A DNA stretch of 34,679 nucleotides from Sphacelaria rigidula (taxonomy: Eukaryota). The stretch's first letter is position 1. Every line of letters begins with the position of its first letter. The position numbers were made by a program, and so were the translations under genes. The notes under the pieces are model-generated. The model searched no databases. It worked only from the letters and a program-made list of their open reading frames with translations, and was not told the DNA's origin. Where the stretch lies: the NCBI GenBank assembly GCA_964200075.2, contig CAXNAA020000025.1:1-34679 (forward strand), given 5' to 3'. Positions 12,531-24,704 of this stretch are shown piece by piece.

Positions 12531-15500
12531 AGAGTTAATCTCGATAACAGAGGGGAGACCAGAAGCTCAAGTGAGGTGAACAGCAGAGCTACTAACTTTG
12601 GTCATTTCTCCCGCTCCCTTGAAAAACTGGGTATAGTCGAAGGCGAACGGAGCTGCCTGCAGAATCAGGCCGTTCCTCATTCTGCAGGCGGCTCCGTTCA
12701 GCTTCGGCAGCACCCAGTTCCTCAAGGGGATGGGAAAAATGATCAAAGTCAGTAGCTTTGCTGTTCACTCAACTTGAGCTTCTGGCCTTCCCTCTACTGT
12801 CGAGATTAACTCCTCCCCCCTCCCCCCGACGGAATGAATACCTCGGGCAGCTAGAGTTATTCCGAACAAGATGACAAGGGCAAAGCGGAAGATAACAAGA
12901 GTAGAGCGGGATGTGAACAGACGTCCTTAATTAACATCATGTAACCACAACATTGCCCCCGTCCCGGTCCCCCCTCCCTTCAATTTCGGGTCAATGTTAT
13001 AACATCATCACATTACAACATATAACGGAGTACCATCGAACATCATTGAATTCACCTGGTTCCAGTATTCCGCCACCTCAGGCAGTCCAGTAGACTCGCA
13101 GATATATACCAAATTCAGCACATCTTTCTGGAAGCAAGAGCCGCCAAACCCGACCGAGGCATTGAGGAATTTGTTTCCGATGCGCGGGTCGTAACCTACA
13201 GCTCTCGACACCTGAACGGTTCGGGCAAAAACAAGTCGTTGAGCTACGGCGCCGCTCTGCAGTAGCGTTCGTGATATGAACCCGAAAACAAAACACAAGA
13301 AATCGATTCCAGAGGGGCAGGGGCCTGAAAATATCAACTCTGACCCGCATCCTCTGCCCTTGATAGAAAAACAAAAGCACTCAATAACCACCAATTATTT
13401 CTCGTAAAAATAGATGGGGCTTGATGCACCGATGCTCTATCGACGTTAACACATCTGATGTTTACATATTGTTTCCCCCCACGCTAACCCTCACGCCAAC
13501 TCGAGGTACTTCTTGTCCGTGGTGTGCAATACTGTGCACGACAAACATCGCATGGTCGATCACATGACACCAATTCGATTATTTGCGAACTGATTCTCCG
13601 TAAAAAACCACCATATTTTACCAAAAGATCTTTGAGCACAACATTCACACATCCGGGGGGAAACAAGAATAAAAACAAAAGTTCTGCACTGTTGCCCAAT
13701 TTTTGGATTTTGTGCTGTAAAAAATAGCAGGGCGGCACACGACCAAGCGCCATGCATCCAAAACCGATCGGTGGCTATCCCAATGCCATCTAGCTTGTGC
13801 TTCAACGAACCTCAGACACATCCGCATCGGTGGCCTCACACAGAGCGGAAATGGAGTTGATGCTGCTCACCCGCTGAGCCAGGAAAGCTGCCATGATCCA
13901 CGGGTACACGGAAAGAGGGAGGATATTCAAGGGTCACATCCACCGTCTCGGCAGGTCGTGAACACCCCGCTTACAGCACGGAAAACGAACAGGTCATCTC
14001 TGGTCTCTCGCCAGTATAACAACAAACATATGAGGGTATCAAGTGAAGCTCAGGCCTGTCGGCCGATCCTATGGATATATATATCACACCCCTGGGCACT
14101 ACACCGTCAAAAGTTGCAAGGGTCGGACGAATTAATGATTCGTCCTGAAATGACTTGATTCTAGTGTCATTGATTCGAACCGTACGAATCATTCCTTCAA
14201 GGTTTGTTTACAGCGTTGCAACCCACGTACGCGCAGACCAGGCACGTGGAATGGCGCAAAAGTTGCGTGGAGATCTTCTTGACCAGCGGCCATTTTTTTT
14301 CTCCCCCTTTCGAGCAATGAGGCCTAGGAAGTCATGTATTTGGTGATTCGAAGCGGCGATGATTCGTCCGAACCGTGAAAATTCGAAACAGACGAAAAAT
14401 GTACCACGTTAAGTATAGGTCTATTGCAACTATTGGCGGCATATACCACACCCCTCGACACGATATGGTCAAAAGTTGCAACAGACAAAAATGTATCACG
14501 TGAAGTATAGGTCTATCGCTATTGCAGCTCCCCTGCATCAGCCATGGCCGACTATCGCTGGATTACGCCCCGGATCCGGTCTGTCGGTAGCACAATTTCC
14601 ACCGCGTTGCTCCGCTGCCCACCTGACCCGCTGTCGCGCTACAAGACCCATATTCGAAACCAGAAACTATGCAGCTGATTCTCGCGTCGCTACGGACACC
14701 GCCAACGGGTTGTCCTCTCAAAAACAGAATGTTGACGCACAAGCTCTTTTTCTGTGTCAGAAACGCCATGTTTTAGGGTTGTGTGGACGTTTGCCCACGG
14801 TGCTCCGTCCCATGACCGACCATCTCTCCCGCGAGCGGGTGTCCAGCTGTTCGACAAAACAGCGGCTCACCCGATACCTTCGCTGTACCCGGGCGCCCCC
14901 GTACATCGTTCTTTCTGCGCTGCGGCGTGCACGCCATACAGATGGAAAAATGCGGCGGAACTACTGAACAGTTTTGTCACGAGGTTCTCCGACAAATTTC
15001 CACAAATTTGAAAGTGTACCTCTGCAGTGCAATGGTTTGACATTGACCCCACTAGGATGGGGATCCCTCTGTATATCCAAATTACTGCCAAATTAAGCGC
15101 GTACTACTCCACTTCTGGCGCGGTCTAATCAACTAGACACGACGTACGGCAACATGTGTCGCATGATACAGTGGAGGATGATCGCAATGGTTCTCACCGT
15201 TGGCGACGAGCTTGGAGACCTCGGAAGACCACGTGTTGGTAGCCAGGATCTTGTCCTTGGGTACCCAGTTAGCGTACACGTCGATCTGTCAAACACATAC
15301 ACAACAGACACAGGTTGATGAAGGCAAGCTCTAAAATACGTCGCGGCGAAGGTGAGGGCGGTTATCCATTGCTCGAGTTTTGCTCTGGTGGTGCATGCGA
15401 ATGCATCGTCTTTGGCGTTTTGGTTATACAATATTATCCTGCATCTCATCGAAGGAGCACACGCACATGAAAAAAGTGGACGTAAAGATCCCTATACAAA

Positions 15501-18500
15501 GCGGGTGATTGATTTGCAATTGAGATATTCTGACCACTTTTTTCACATCAACTACACCGTTCCAGATCCAGCTATGAATAACACAAGGTGACTCCAAGTC
15601 CAGGGTAGCTAAAACGTTCACTACTCGTTCATCCTCAGATCGCGAGGGTAGTCCATCTGGATCATGCATACTTTTCCCACGTGAAATCGATACCGGTTCA
15701 ATAGACGACCTGCTCTCGCTATCCAAGGGTTGACCCTTTGACCGCGAGGGTAGGTCACCTCTGCTGAATCGGCATCAATTTCACCGGAAAAGGTATGCGT
15801 GTTTCAGGTGGACTACCCGCACCGCAGTACAAGGGTTAGTCAAGTATCAATCGGCTCAAGAGCGTGTGTAACGAGAGTCGCAAAAACGAAGGAAAAAGTG
15901 GGCACACGACGCCTCGTGCGACGTGGACATTTTTTTTTTTTTCCCTCACACCTTGAACCCCTCCCCTTCCTCGGTATGAGTCCGCGGTCTCAAGGGATCA
16001 ACCTATCTCTCTCCCAGTACATGACATCATCAAATAAAAAAAAATCTCAGCACAAAATCGAGTAATCTGTTGACTTGCTTTTCCGACTCTCGAAGACGGT
16101 AGACCACAAATCGGACGTACCACGGCCTGAGGAGCAGTGCGAAATCAACCAAGATCATACTGTGTTCCCCTCTCCATACACGGTACAAAATCCGACAAAC
16201 TCCTGACGATTTCAAGATCCTCAATCCTCACGACGTATCCAACCGCTGTACGGTCGAAAACGTTTCACGTGTGCCCCTGATGCTCACCAACTCCTGGATG
16301 GCCGCCAATCCCTCAGGTGTCTGCATTCCTCCAATAAGGACACGGCTCGGCTCCTGAAGATCGGGCATGGCCGTTCCCTCCGCCAAAAACTCCGGGTTGG
16401 ACAACACCTACGTGATTCATGATACACGTACGCATATGACACCTCAGGACACTGATCAAAGACAGCCGATAGACAGAGCTTGCTCCCGGTGACCTAGCGC
16501 TTTTGTTCCTGTAGTCCCAAGCAGTCATCAGTGAAATGTTGATCGATTTGTTGTCCATATCTATCTCAAGATAGCGACGCAGCGGTGATTCCTGCTTCCC
16601 GCTTCTCCTCAAGTGTCAGGTCCCTGAGACGCACAGTTTTCCTGCCTGTCTTCGTCTCCTTTTTTGTTTTTTTCACACTGCTCTGAGACTCCACGTTGCA
16701 ATGGTGGTGATGGCCGTGCTTACGGACACTTCGACCTGATGCTCCATGACTTGGAACAGCTCTACATCCGAACGAATTTCGACTAAAAGTCGAACACATC
16801 GAGATATGTTTTTGGCAAACAACTCGACAATTTTCTCGACACAAACTATCACCAGCAGTCAGGTGTGAATCATGATCACATGCGCAGTCGGCACGTTGCT
16901 TCAACGTACGTCAACCCCCTGAGCGTTCATAAATACACCCCTCAGCTGACGGTCATTTCAAAACGCATCGATTAAACGCGAGAGATACCCGCCACAGCGA
17001 TCAACGTGTCGGGAAAGATGAACCTACATATGGAACATTGGACATGAAACAACTTCACATTGCAATCATATCGGACAGCCATGACTGTACCGGGTGTGAA
17101 TATGCTTCGTGTAACCACAACTTCGTGCACCGAAATGATCGGACATGAAATATCACGAACGGATTTCGAACTAAAACTCCTCTCCCGAGGAGACCCTAAA
17201 TGGTCAAGGAGACATTTCTGCGTGTGCACGCATCAATCACTCTCACCTCTCTATTGGAAAATGACAACTCAAATCTTGGTTTACCGGTGACGTTAAAATC
17301 CTTGGATACATGGCAGGCATCTCATCATCGATATTCAAGTGAAACGGCTAAAGTAATGGAAAATGACATAAATACTATGAGTGACATAGCGTCAAACCTC
17401 GTTAATTGTACATAAATGGATGCGCCCCCGAAAACTTACCTGGAATTTGACCCCCTTGTCGTTCGTGGCGAGCACACGGCGGACGGCCTCTGCGGTGCGG
17501 ACCGGCACAGTAGACTTCTCCACCACCACCTTCGGGGTATCCGCCACCTCCGCGATCTTCCGTGCGCACAGTTCGCAGTTCTTGATGTTGGCGGCCTTCC
17601 CTGCTCCGATACCGGTAGTCTGCAGAGAAACAGTAACATGGGTAGGTTAATATCAGGCGATGGCAGTAAAAGCAATACCAGTTCGGCGCGAATGTTCCTT
17701 GTAGCCGTCCGTCGTGTTCCGTTTCGAAACTGAAGCCTCATTGAAACAGTGACAAGAAAACGAGAGGGAAAAATTGGCTTCCGCGTAGCGCGGGTCTCTC
17801 GAAAGCTGCTTGCTCAAATATCCATCCTGTACCGTAGAGATGAAAACGAAACAAGAAAACACGGTTTTGCATCTTGCCTAATGGGAAGGCGTAACGCCTT
17901 GGCCGATCATGGCTGTGGGCAGCGGGTCACATTTATAAAGAGGACACGCAATAGAAAACACACCGTTCATCCCCCAGCTCTAGGAAGACTACTGAGTAGC
18001 ACATAGCACCCCCCGAAATGCCGTCATAGTGACAAGTGCGGCAAAGTGTGGCCATCACCTTTTTCTTCTCTTCGTGTGTATACGTGTAGCCATATGGACT
18101 CGTCTTACCTTGGTGGGTGTGTTCACCGATATGAACACCATGTCCGCCCGCTTGATCTCATCATCGATGTTGGTGGAAAAGAACAAGTTGCGCCCACGAC
18201 TCTCCTTGACCACGTCCAGCAACCCGGGCTCGTAGATGGGCAGGTCGTCGGTGTTCCACGCATCGATCTGGAAAACGATTCCAATGAAAGTACAGGTGAA
18301 GAGACAAATAAAAAAGCACATCCTCAGATAGGGCCACAACAGAATACAGTACCACAGTACCGTAGACGAAAATATTTCTTCGGAAAATGGCGTAGATGTT
18401 GGCATTTCACGCGTTAAGGCCGTATCTTGTGGCAAACAGGTAGGTGTTGTTCGGTGCATATGGAGATGAACACTACTGCGCATCAACGAAGCTTACAGAG

Positions 18501-21500
18501 AGGGTAAAAAAATCAGAGGGAACGACGGCACCAGCTGTTCGCCTGGGCGATGTTCGGACACAAAGAGGTACTCGTGTCCTACGAGTAACGCTGGAGCGAG
18601 GGTGCCTCAACACCGCCGCCAGGTCTCATGGCCTGCTCTGACTTCCTCGAAATTTGCGTCGGTGCTTCGCCAAGGTACATAACCCGGAGTGACCCCCTCT
18701 CAGCATATCCCAGGGTGTACCGCTTGGGGTTCCGATTCAGACCTTGTTCAGCCGGAGCAAGGAATGAGGAAGGGATCTCCTAGTCGTGCCCATCGCCGAA
18801 ATGAGGCACAACTCGAGCATCAAACGGGGTATGGGACCAAGTCTGAAACGGTACGGTTGTACCCGAGGCTTTCCTGCAGTCACGATCCTTCGAATACTCG
18901 GCTGCTTCGTCTTTGACCGATGACGTGTGTATCAGAATTGGATGAGACGTTGCGCGGTTAGGACGAATCACCAAATCTACGGTTTCTTCGGCCTGATTGC
19001 CTAAAAGGAAAAAAAAAGTTGACCGCTGGTCCAAGGGGTACCCACGCAACTTTTGCGCCATTCCACGTGTCTGGACCGCGTGTACCTGGGTTGCAACGCT
19101 GAACACAAAGCCTAGGGATTGATTCGTACGAGTCGAATCAGTCATACTAAAACCAAGTAATTGCCAGACGAATCATTATTTGTCCGACCCTTGACAACGT
19201 TGGTCAGGGCTGTTCCCGACTTGGAGTCAGCCAAGAGTGGATCACTACTGCAGGGTATGGTGAACCGTGTGCGGCACCCAGCACCTCCGACCACACCATC
19301 CCAGATACCAACTGCAACGCCGACGGGAAGAGTGCGCTAGAATCACTACATCGCGCTACAAAAAAATGTAACCTCAATGTTTTTGAGCAACTGTCAAGTA
19401 CTCGCGGCATCATCTTCAATTGGAAAACGGGGTGTACCATCCACATGCCTCACCCTGGTGGTGGGGAAGTATCGGATTACATTTCAGAGTGCGACGTTAT
19501 CAATTTTGGTTCATGTACAGTGGGGGGCTCTCAGTAGTGCCGATCGAATAGTGCTAACGACCTATATAATGCCGGTAAAATCTCCGGGCACAGCCAGAGC
19601 TCGCACTAGTCCCGCCCGGGACTACTGACATGGCCCTCAGTAGCGCCGGTTTGGACGGTTTTGTACCGTCAACAGTGCCGGTTCCGGACACACTCACGCA
19701 CGCCTTACCCCCCACCAACCAAGCACCAGCAGGGATACAGCAGGGTACGTGCTGGTGCAGACCTTACAGCGTGGAGACACAACATGGCTTGTGCGGAAGG
19801 TGAACTGTGACTGGTGCAGGCCACGACGCCAGAAGGCCGTCATGGCCACGGTTGCCAGGGGACATGTGGCGGGAGGCTCCACAGTATTTGCGGCAGCAGG
19901 TTTGGCGATAACGAAAGCAAGTGCCTTAAAAAAAAAGGGTAAGCGCAGGTGCGGTGCATCTCGTTGTCGATAGCCGGTAGGAAGTGAAACGGGGTGTGGT
20001 TATTTCTTTCTCGCTCACTCCTATTGGTGGGCGGTGTACTCTTTCGTGAGTTTTTTTCCACACCAGATGCCGCACCTTCATAGTTGCGTTGGGTGCAGAG
20101 GTGTCCTTGTTTTTTTTGTCGGAAAGGTATTTCGGCATGAGCAACTTTTGTGGCCGTACTGCTGCTGTTGTGCTAGTAGGGAAGGAAATGATTAACCTAT
20201 GAACAGGATCAATCAAGTTGAACGTGAAAGCAAAAAAAACATCGGGTTTAGTTCTGCTACCCCGAAACCTTACGTGCCGTATCCTGTCGAAACCCCTTAA
20301 AACAAAAGTCCTCGTCCGTTTTGTGCTTCCGTTGGTCCTACAAAGGGCAAGCGCAGCACTGTACGAACGGACGGTCCTCAGTAGTGCCGGAACCGGCACT
20401 ACTGAGGTATTCAGAGCCCTCAATTGCACCTGTTTTGGCACTTCTCAGAGTAGTGCCTGTGTCGGTGGTGGGCACATATCGGCACTACTGAGAGCCCCCA
20501 CTGTATGCCAATGTGAGTATCCTGACCTCAACTTTCATTACGGAAGTACTCGTGGAATAAAATTACTGAATGTCATTGCCCACGGCTGAAAAAAACATGT
20601 TAAGCTCAGGCGGCAATTCCATGGCATCACTTGTGCGTCGTCATGCCCCTTGTTTGGTGGAATCTATTCACACCGTTTACAAGGAAAGTTCATGTAGCCC
20701 CAGACGATGACCGAATGTTGATGATGGAAACAAAAAAATCTGTAGTAGGCAGTTGCCTAGTTGCACAGTTACTTGGCAATTCTTTAGCCGCTGGGACACA
20801 GTTGGTGGCACGGCTTTCTTTATCGAGAGTTCTCAAACGCGATCAATTTCGGGATTTTCAAGACCAGACGTTATCTGTAGACAACTCATTACATGGGTTC
20901 ATCTGATCGCTGTCTAGAGGCAACGGGTGGCACAGTTTTCCTGGTTGATAAATGTCAACATGGAAGCAACTACTTGTACCGTCGGTGGTCCAACAGCTGT
21001 GTACAGGACACTTGTTGCAGATGTTTTTACTTGATGAACGCCTGAAGGCAACTAATTGCGCCGGTTGTAATTCGACAGTAGTGTACAGGAATCCAGTAGA
21101 TGGTACAGGAAACTAGTAGTAAACTAGATAAAACGGGTTATCCATTCGATCCTGGAGCGTATGGGAAACTAGTTGCACGATATTTTCCACCGAGAGTTTG
21201 TTCCAGGCGCCTGCGAAACAGTTACAGTAGTACAGCACGAGGTCGACGCCTCTGCTCGAGTTTCGTGATGAATGAATTTAGGGCGCCTGCCTGACACGAT
21301 CACCGACCACCTCAGCCTGTCAACAGAAGGTCGCGACCACAGTGGAGGCTACAAAACTCTTCACACGTCGGACGAGCACGAATGTTTGAGTCATTGCTCG
21401 TTGTGGATACAATTAATAGGGCGAGCACTCGAGTCATGCTCGTTGTGTTTTCAAAAAACATCCACGACGGGTGCACTCGTTTCGACGAGTAATGACTCGT

Positions 21501-23294
21501 CCGACGTGTGAAAACTTCGAGAAACGTGCGTTTGAATGAAAAAGCATAGGAGTTTTGTTAACCTCACTTTTCCCGAGGCTGAGCTGTGCATTCTCAGTGT
21601 TTGTTCTCACTGAAGGCATGGTGCAATGTGTGTATTCGTGTACCAAGCCTTTGACCGCCAGGGTAGGTCATCTGGCCATCCAATATTTTCCAAGTGAAAT
21701 AGTTCTGATTCAACAGATGATCAATACTCGCTGTCGGAGGTTCAACGAGCAACCCCTTGAAGGCGAGGGTGGGTCATTTGGCCATGCGGTCATTTTCCAA
21801 ATGAAAATGATGCTGATTCAACAAATGACCAATACTCGCGGTTAAAGGACTGTCACCTTGGACAAGGAGAGGTCATCTGTTGAAACAGCATCGATTTCAT
21901 CCGGAAAAAGTATACATGATCCAGATGGACTACCCTCGCGGTCCAAGAGCTACAACCACATTGGGGGCAGCGGCTGCGGCTCTGACCACGTCTTGGCCAG
22001 TTGCACCCCTCTCGTCCAAAAGGCGTCCGTCAGTGACAAGCAATGTTCTCACGTACGTGGTTCTGTACAGTGCATTTCAGTTTTGTAGGATGGACCAAAG
22101 TGGTGTGTTGACCACTGGGTCGATGAAGAAATTCCTCGGAAACATTTTTTTTTCCAAATGACGAGAATTCTAAAACCTCAACCCCGAACCAAATGTCTGC
22201 ACGAGTATCTTTACAACGAAACAACTCACCCCCCTCCCCCCTCAGCCCCCGGGTCGACCGAGCTGTCATCTGGAGATAATGTTCCGAGAGGCAGCTTTGT
22301 GTCTACAATTAAGATACTCTCCACCATGGCAAGAAGCTTCTTCTTGACTTTGACGGAGTCGCCGCCCGAAACTGGTGCGGTTTAACTCACCGCTGAGGTG
22401 TGACCGGAGTCATTTTCCCCTCCGGAGAGTGTCATCACTTGACACACACTGTACGTAAAAAGTTCCCACATCCACACGGTTCTCATTTGTGGTGTTCGGA
22501 CCCACCGCAACGAACGCTGTGCAGTTTATATTTGTGGTGCTTTGATCCCCCGGAACGAAGGCGAGGGTAGGTCACCTGCTGAATCGGCATTGATATTTAC
22601 TTAGAAAAAATATGCGTGAGATCTACATGGACCACCCGCACAGCGGTGCAAGAGTTAAATCCAACAAAGGAGGGGGGGGATACGCGATGGACTTTCACCC
22701 GATGTTTTGTTTCATATGCACGACACGAGTTTACCCGAGTGTCATGCAATATGGGTAGGATGTATACATACAACCGTCAACGCGAGAGCCCACCCTTTCG
22801 GTCAATCAAACGGTACTAACGTGTATGTGGAGCAATCTACACACAGGATACAGCAACCGTCTCCTCCGCAGTTTTCCAGGTCTCGAGCCCGATGTCGGCG
22901 TCGAAAACAATCAGACGTCATACTGCAGGACGTGTCTACTCCCGTCCGTCAGCGAATGTCAACGCACGCACGCGGGAAGATCGGCCTCGCGACTCACCAT
23001 AAAAACAGCGAGGATTTCGGAGCACATCCAAGAGGTGATTCCTAACCCTTCAGCTGAACAGGACCTTCAAACAAAAAACTTGGTCACATGCAGAAGTCGG
23101 ACTCACCGGTAGACGCAAACATGACAATACGATCAGAAGTATCTTCCTCTTCATGCGCGTACCTGGGTTTTTGAGATATCCACGACGCAGACTCTGATGT
23201 GCGGACACCGCTGAGCGATCACAGCCATCGTGGGCCCGCCCACATATCCTGCCCCCATGCAGCAAATGTTGTATTTAAAGTCATCGGAAGGCAT
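8689..23294 (-). CDS. UGDH: UDP-glucose 6-dehydrogenase (eukaryotic type), 11 coding exons, 475 aa: complement(join(8689..8851,10280..10347,10974..11114,11406..11549,13056..13211,13811..13887,15198..15285,16288..16407,17440..17619,18109..18267,23163..23294))
   Basis: Hand-spliced at GT-AG boundaries with consistent phases. Motifs occur in order: [13 protein letters not shown] (NAD-binding GxGxxG), [49 protein letters not shown] (catalytic Cys), [28 protein letters not shown]; ends at TAA. Confidence 0.96.
10280..10347 (-). CDS. UGDH: UGDH exon 10 ([22 protein letters not shown](W))
   Basis: AAG acceptor, GTGAGT donor, 68 nt (phase 2 end). Confidence 0.92.
10974..11114 (-). CDS. UGDH: UGDH exon 9 ([21 protein letters not shown]...KLEES)
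   Basis: CAG acceptor, GTGAG donor, 141 nt. Confidence 0.93.
11406..11549 (-). CDS. UGDH: UGDH exon 8 ([12 protein letters not shown]...[17 protein letters not shown])
   Basis: AAG acceptor, GTATG donor, 144 nt. Confidence 0.94.
11764..12906. repeat. Cluster of three related long inverted repeats (hairpins) in UGDH intron 7
   Basis: Hairpins at about 11764-11986, 11983-12238 and 12299-12906, each with a gcYNcctgcag(a/t)at core and a complementary downstream arm. Confidence 0.85.
13056..13211 (-). CDS. UGDH: UGDH exon 7 ([12 protein letters not shown]...[10 protein letters not shown]...YWNQ), contains catalytic Cys
   Basis: CAG acceptor, GTGAA donor, 156 nt. Confidence 0.96.
13811..13887 (-). 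CDS. UGDH: UGDH exon 6 ((A)[25 protein letters not shown])
   Basis: CAG acceptor, GTTCG donor, 77 nt, completes the phase of exon 5. Confidence 0.94.
14117..14377 (+). mobile_element. MITE family A copy 2 (UGDH intron 5)
   Basis: TIRs caagggtcggacgaat and attcgtccgaaccgtg; internal homology to the other copies. Confidence 0.85.
15198..15285 (-). CDS. UGDH: UGDH exon 5 ([29 protein letters not shown])
   Basis: CAG acceptor, GTGAG donor, 88 nt (phase 1 end). Confidence 0.95.
15634..15835. mobile_element. Two back-to-back piggyBac-like mini-elements of about 100 bp
   Basis: aaggg|ttga|cccttt junction, right end aaggg|ttag; homologous to 21648-21949 and 22558-22654. Confidence 0.6.
16288..16407 (-). 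CDS. UGDH: UGDH exon 4 ([13 protein letters not shown]...AIQEL)
   Basis: TAG acceptor, GTGAG donor, 120 nt. Confidence 0.95.
17440..17619 (-). CDS. UGDH: UGDH exon 3 ([20 protein letters not shown]...[11 protein letters not shown]...KFQ)
   Basis: CAG acceptor, GTAAG donor, 180 nt. Confidence 0.95.
18109..18267 (-). CDS. UGDH: UGDH exon 2 ([16 protein letters not shown]...FISVNTPTK)
   Basis: CAG acceptor, GTAAG donor, 159 nt, LPIYEPGL motif. Confidence 0.95.
18953..19193 (-). mobile_element. MITE family A copy 3 (UGDH intron 1)
   Basis: Reverse-complement homolog of 6883-7158 and 14117-14377. Confidence 0.85.
19518..20503. mobile_element. Non-autonomous Tc1/mariner/pogo-like DNA transposon (986 bp)
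   Basis: TIRs of about 26 bp (cagtggggggctctcagtagtgccgat and atcggcactactgagagcccccactg), TA on both flanks, subterminal ctcagtagtgcc repeats; no transposase ORF. Confidence 0.88.
21648..21949 (+). mobile_element. Three tandem piggyBac-like mini-elements of about 95 bp
   Basis: Units begin ccttgaccgccagggtaggtca, ccttgaaggcgagggtgggtca and ccttggacaaggagaggtca, and end in ctcgc(t/g)gt-type motifs. Confidence 0.6.
22558..22654 (+). mobile_element. Further copy of the 100-bp mini-element
   Basis: gcgagggtaggtcacctgctgaatcggcat...gtgcaagag followed by TTAA; similar to 15734-15835. Confidence 0.6.
23163..23294 (-). CDS. UGDH: UGDH coding exon 1 ([44 protein letters not shown])
   Basis: ATG at 23294, Rossmann motif, donor GT at 23162-23161; 132 nt. 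Confidence 0.93.
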
Positions 23295-23340
23295 GATACT
23301 CTTCTGTGTCGTGTCGGCGACAACTATAGAGATTGAAGTC

Positions 23341-24197
23341 CTGCTGGCGCGAGAGCATGGGAGGGGACAGTATGGGGATGATGGGATGAGTTATGGATGA
23401 GATGGGGTAGGGTCGGTGGTGTCGGGACGCGATGTGCGCTTCACCCAAAATGATTCCACTCGGTTGTTCGGTTAGTCTGTACCGTACTGCTGATACTCTA
23501 CTCGCTGCCTCATCGAACATATCGACAGGGTCGAGCGAGTATAGAGATGACAGACTTCCCGCACGGACCTCCGTTCGACGCAGGTAACAGTCGGGAATCA
23601 GCAGACCAATTGCAGACGCTAGATAGGCCCGCATATGATACTAGAAGCATTCGTGGCCGAGTTGTTACTGTCTGACTATTGTACGAAGAGGAGTAGGCTG
23701 ACTTGGGGAAGAGAGGGTTTCGCGTTTCGCGACAGGGTGTCTGCTTTTTTTTGCAGAGAGAAGAAATGAACAGGAACAGGTACGCTTTTTAGAGAAATCC
23801 ATCTGGTCGCGAAGATTTCGCCCCGTCCGTACGACTCTCGCAGTAGAGCATCACACTGCACCAATCCAAGCGCTGTACCTAGCCCCAACCTTGAAATTAT
23901 GCTGCTGTGCTAGTTGGCATGCAAATTCCAGCCTGGAGGAGGTGTGCCTTTCACGTGTGGGCCCACGTCCATTTATCACAACACGTGAGCTCTAAGAACA
24001 AAACTGTGTCTCTTTCGTGTCATCAAGCACTGACTGTAGTGTAAAACGGTGCAGGTACTGTTTTTAGAACTTTCGCAAGAATGGCAAGCCACAAAAAAAG
24101 ATCAGCGTGGATGTCTCACCCCCCTTGGACTGGCGCGCTCTTTCTCTCTCTCTCTATCATTATATCTATGTCCATCTCTTCTTCAATCGTAGCTTAC
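23341..24197 (-). other. Putative 5'UTR intron of UGDH
   Basis: Minus-strand AAG|GTAAGC donor at 24197 and a C/T-rich tract ending CAGCAG at 23341, 46 nt upstream of the ATG. Confidence 0.55.
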
Positions 24198-24704
24198 CTT
24201 CGTTGGGTAGGGTGGAGTAGAGGCCTGATCTGTCTGCGTCGGGCGTCCTCTTTACACGATGAAACAACAGTTTTGTGACGTGACAGGGTGCGGAGATCAA
24301 AATGAATGACAATGTCATGCGATTGTGATTGGAAAACGATACGAAAAGGCTATTTCTTAAACGCGATTTGGGAAAGGGCGTTTTGGGCTTTTGTGGCAGC
24401 AGCGCATCTTTTACCGTAGTAGTACTGCAGTGTATACCCAGAAGATGGCGTCAAATCGGAGTGGAATGAGGCGTACTTTGAACTCGATTTGATCTGCACC
24501 TTTCTCACGCACGTAACACGCAACAGAACTGGACCATCATAATAAATAAAGAACAAAATGTACCTGTTTCACAGTGTTGCAAAATCGTCATGAAAAGGGT
24601 ACATGTCACAGAACATCCGCAAACCCCTACTCCCCCACACCAACACCTCGACGATATCTCTGAGACACCTCGAGTATCTGCAGTAGCACCTTAACACCTT
24701 CCCC
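24198..24704. promoter_or_regulatory. Probable shared (bidirectional) promoter and 5'UTR region between UGDH and NDK
   Basis: Head-to-head gene arrangement. The ATGs are about 1.4 kb apart, and about 0.5 kb separates the putative UGDH UTR donor from the NDK ATG. No specific motif is claimed. Confidence 0.5.

Noticed and set aside
12346..12600. Apparent direct duplication and poly-Gly ORFs around the N gap
   Set aside because: Duplicated, noisy contig ends beside G homopolymers and an N gap; most likely an assembly artefact. It inflates the left arm of hairpin C.
8689..23294. Alternative call as GDP-mannose 6-dehydrogenase (alginate pathway)
   Set aside because: Motifs ([43 protein letters not shown]) and length match eukaryotic UGDH rather than AlgD-like GMD.
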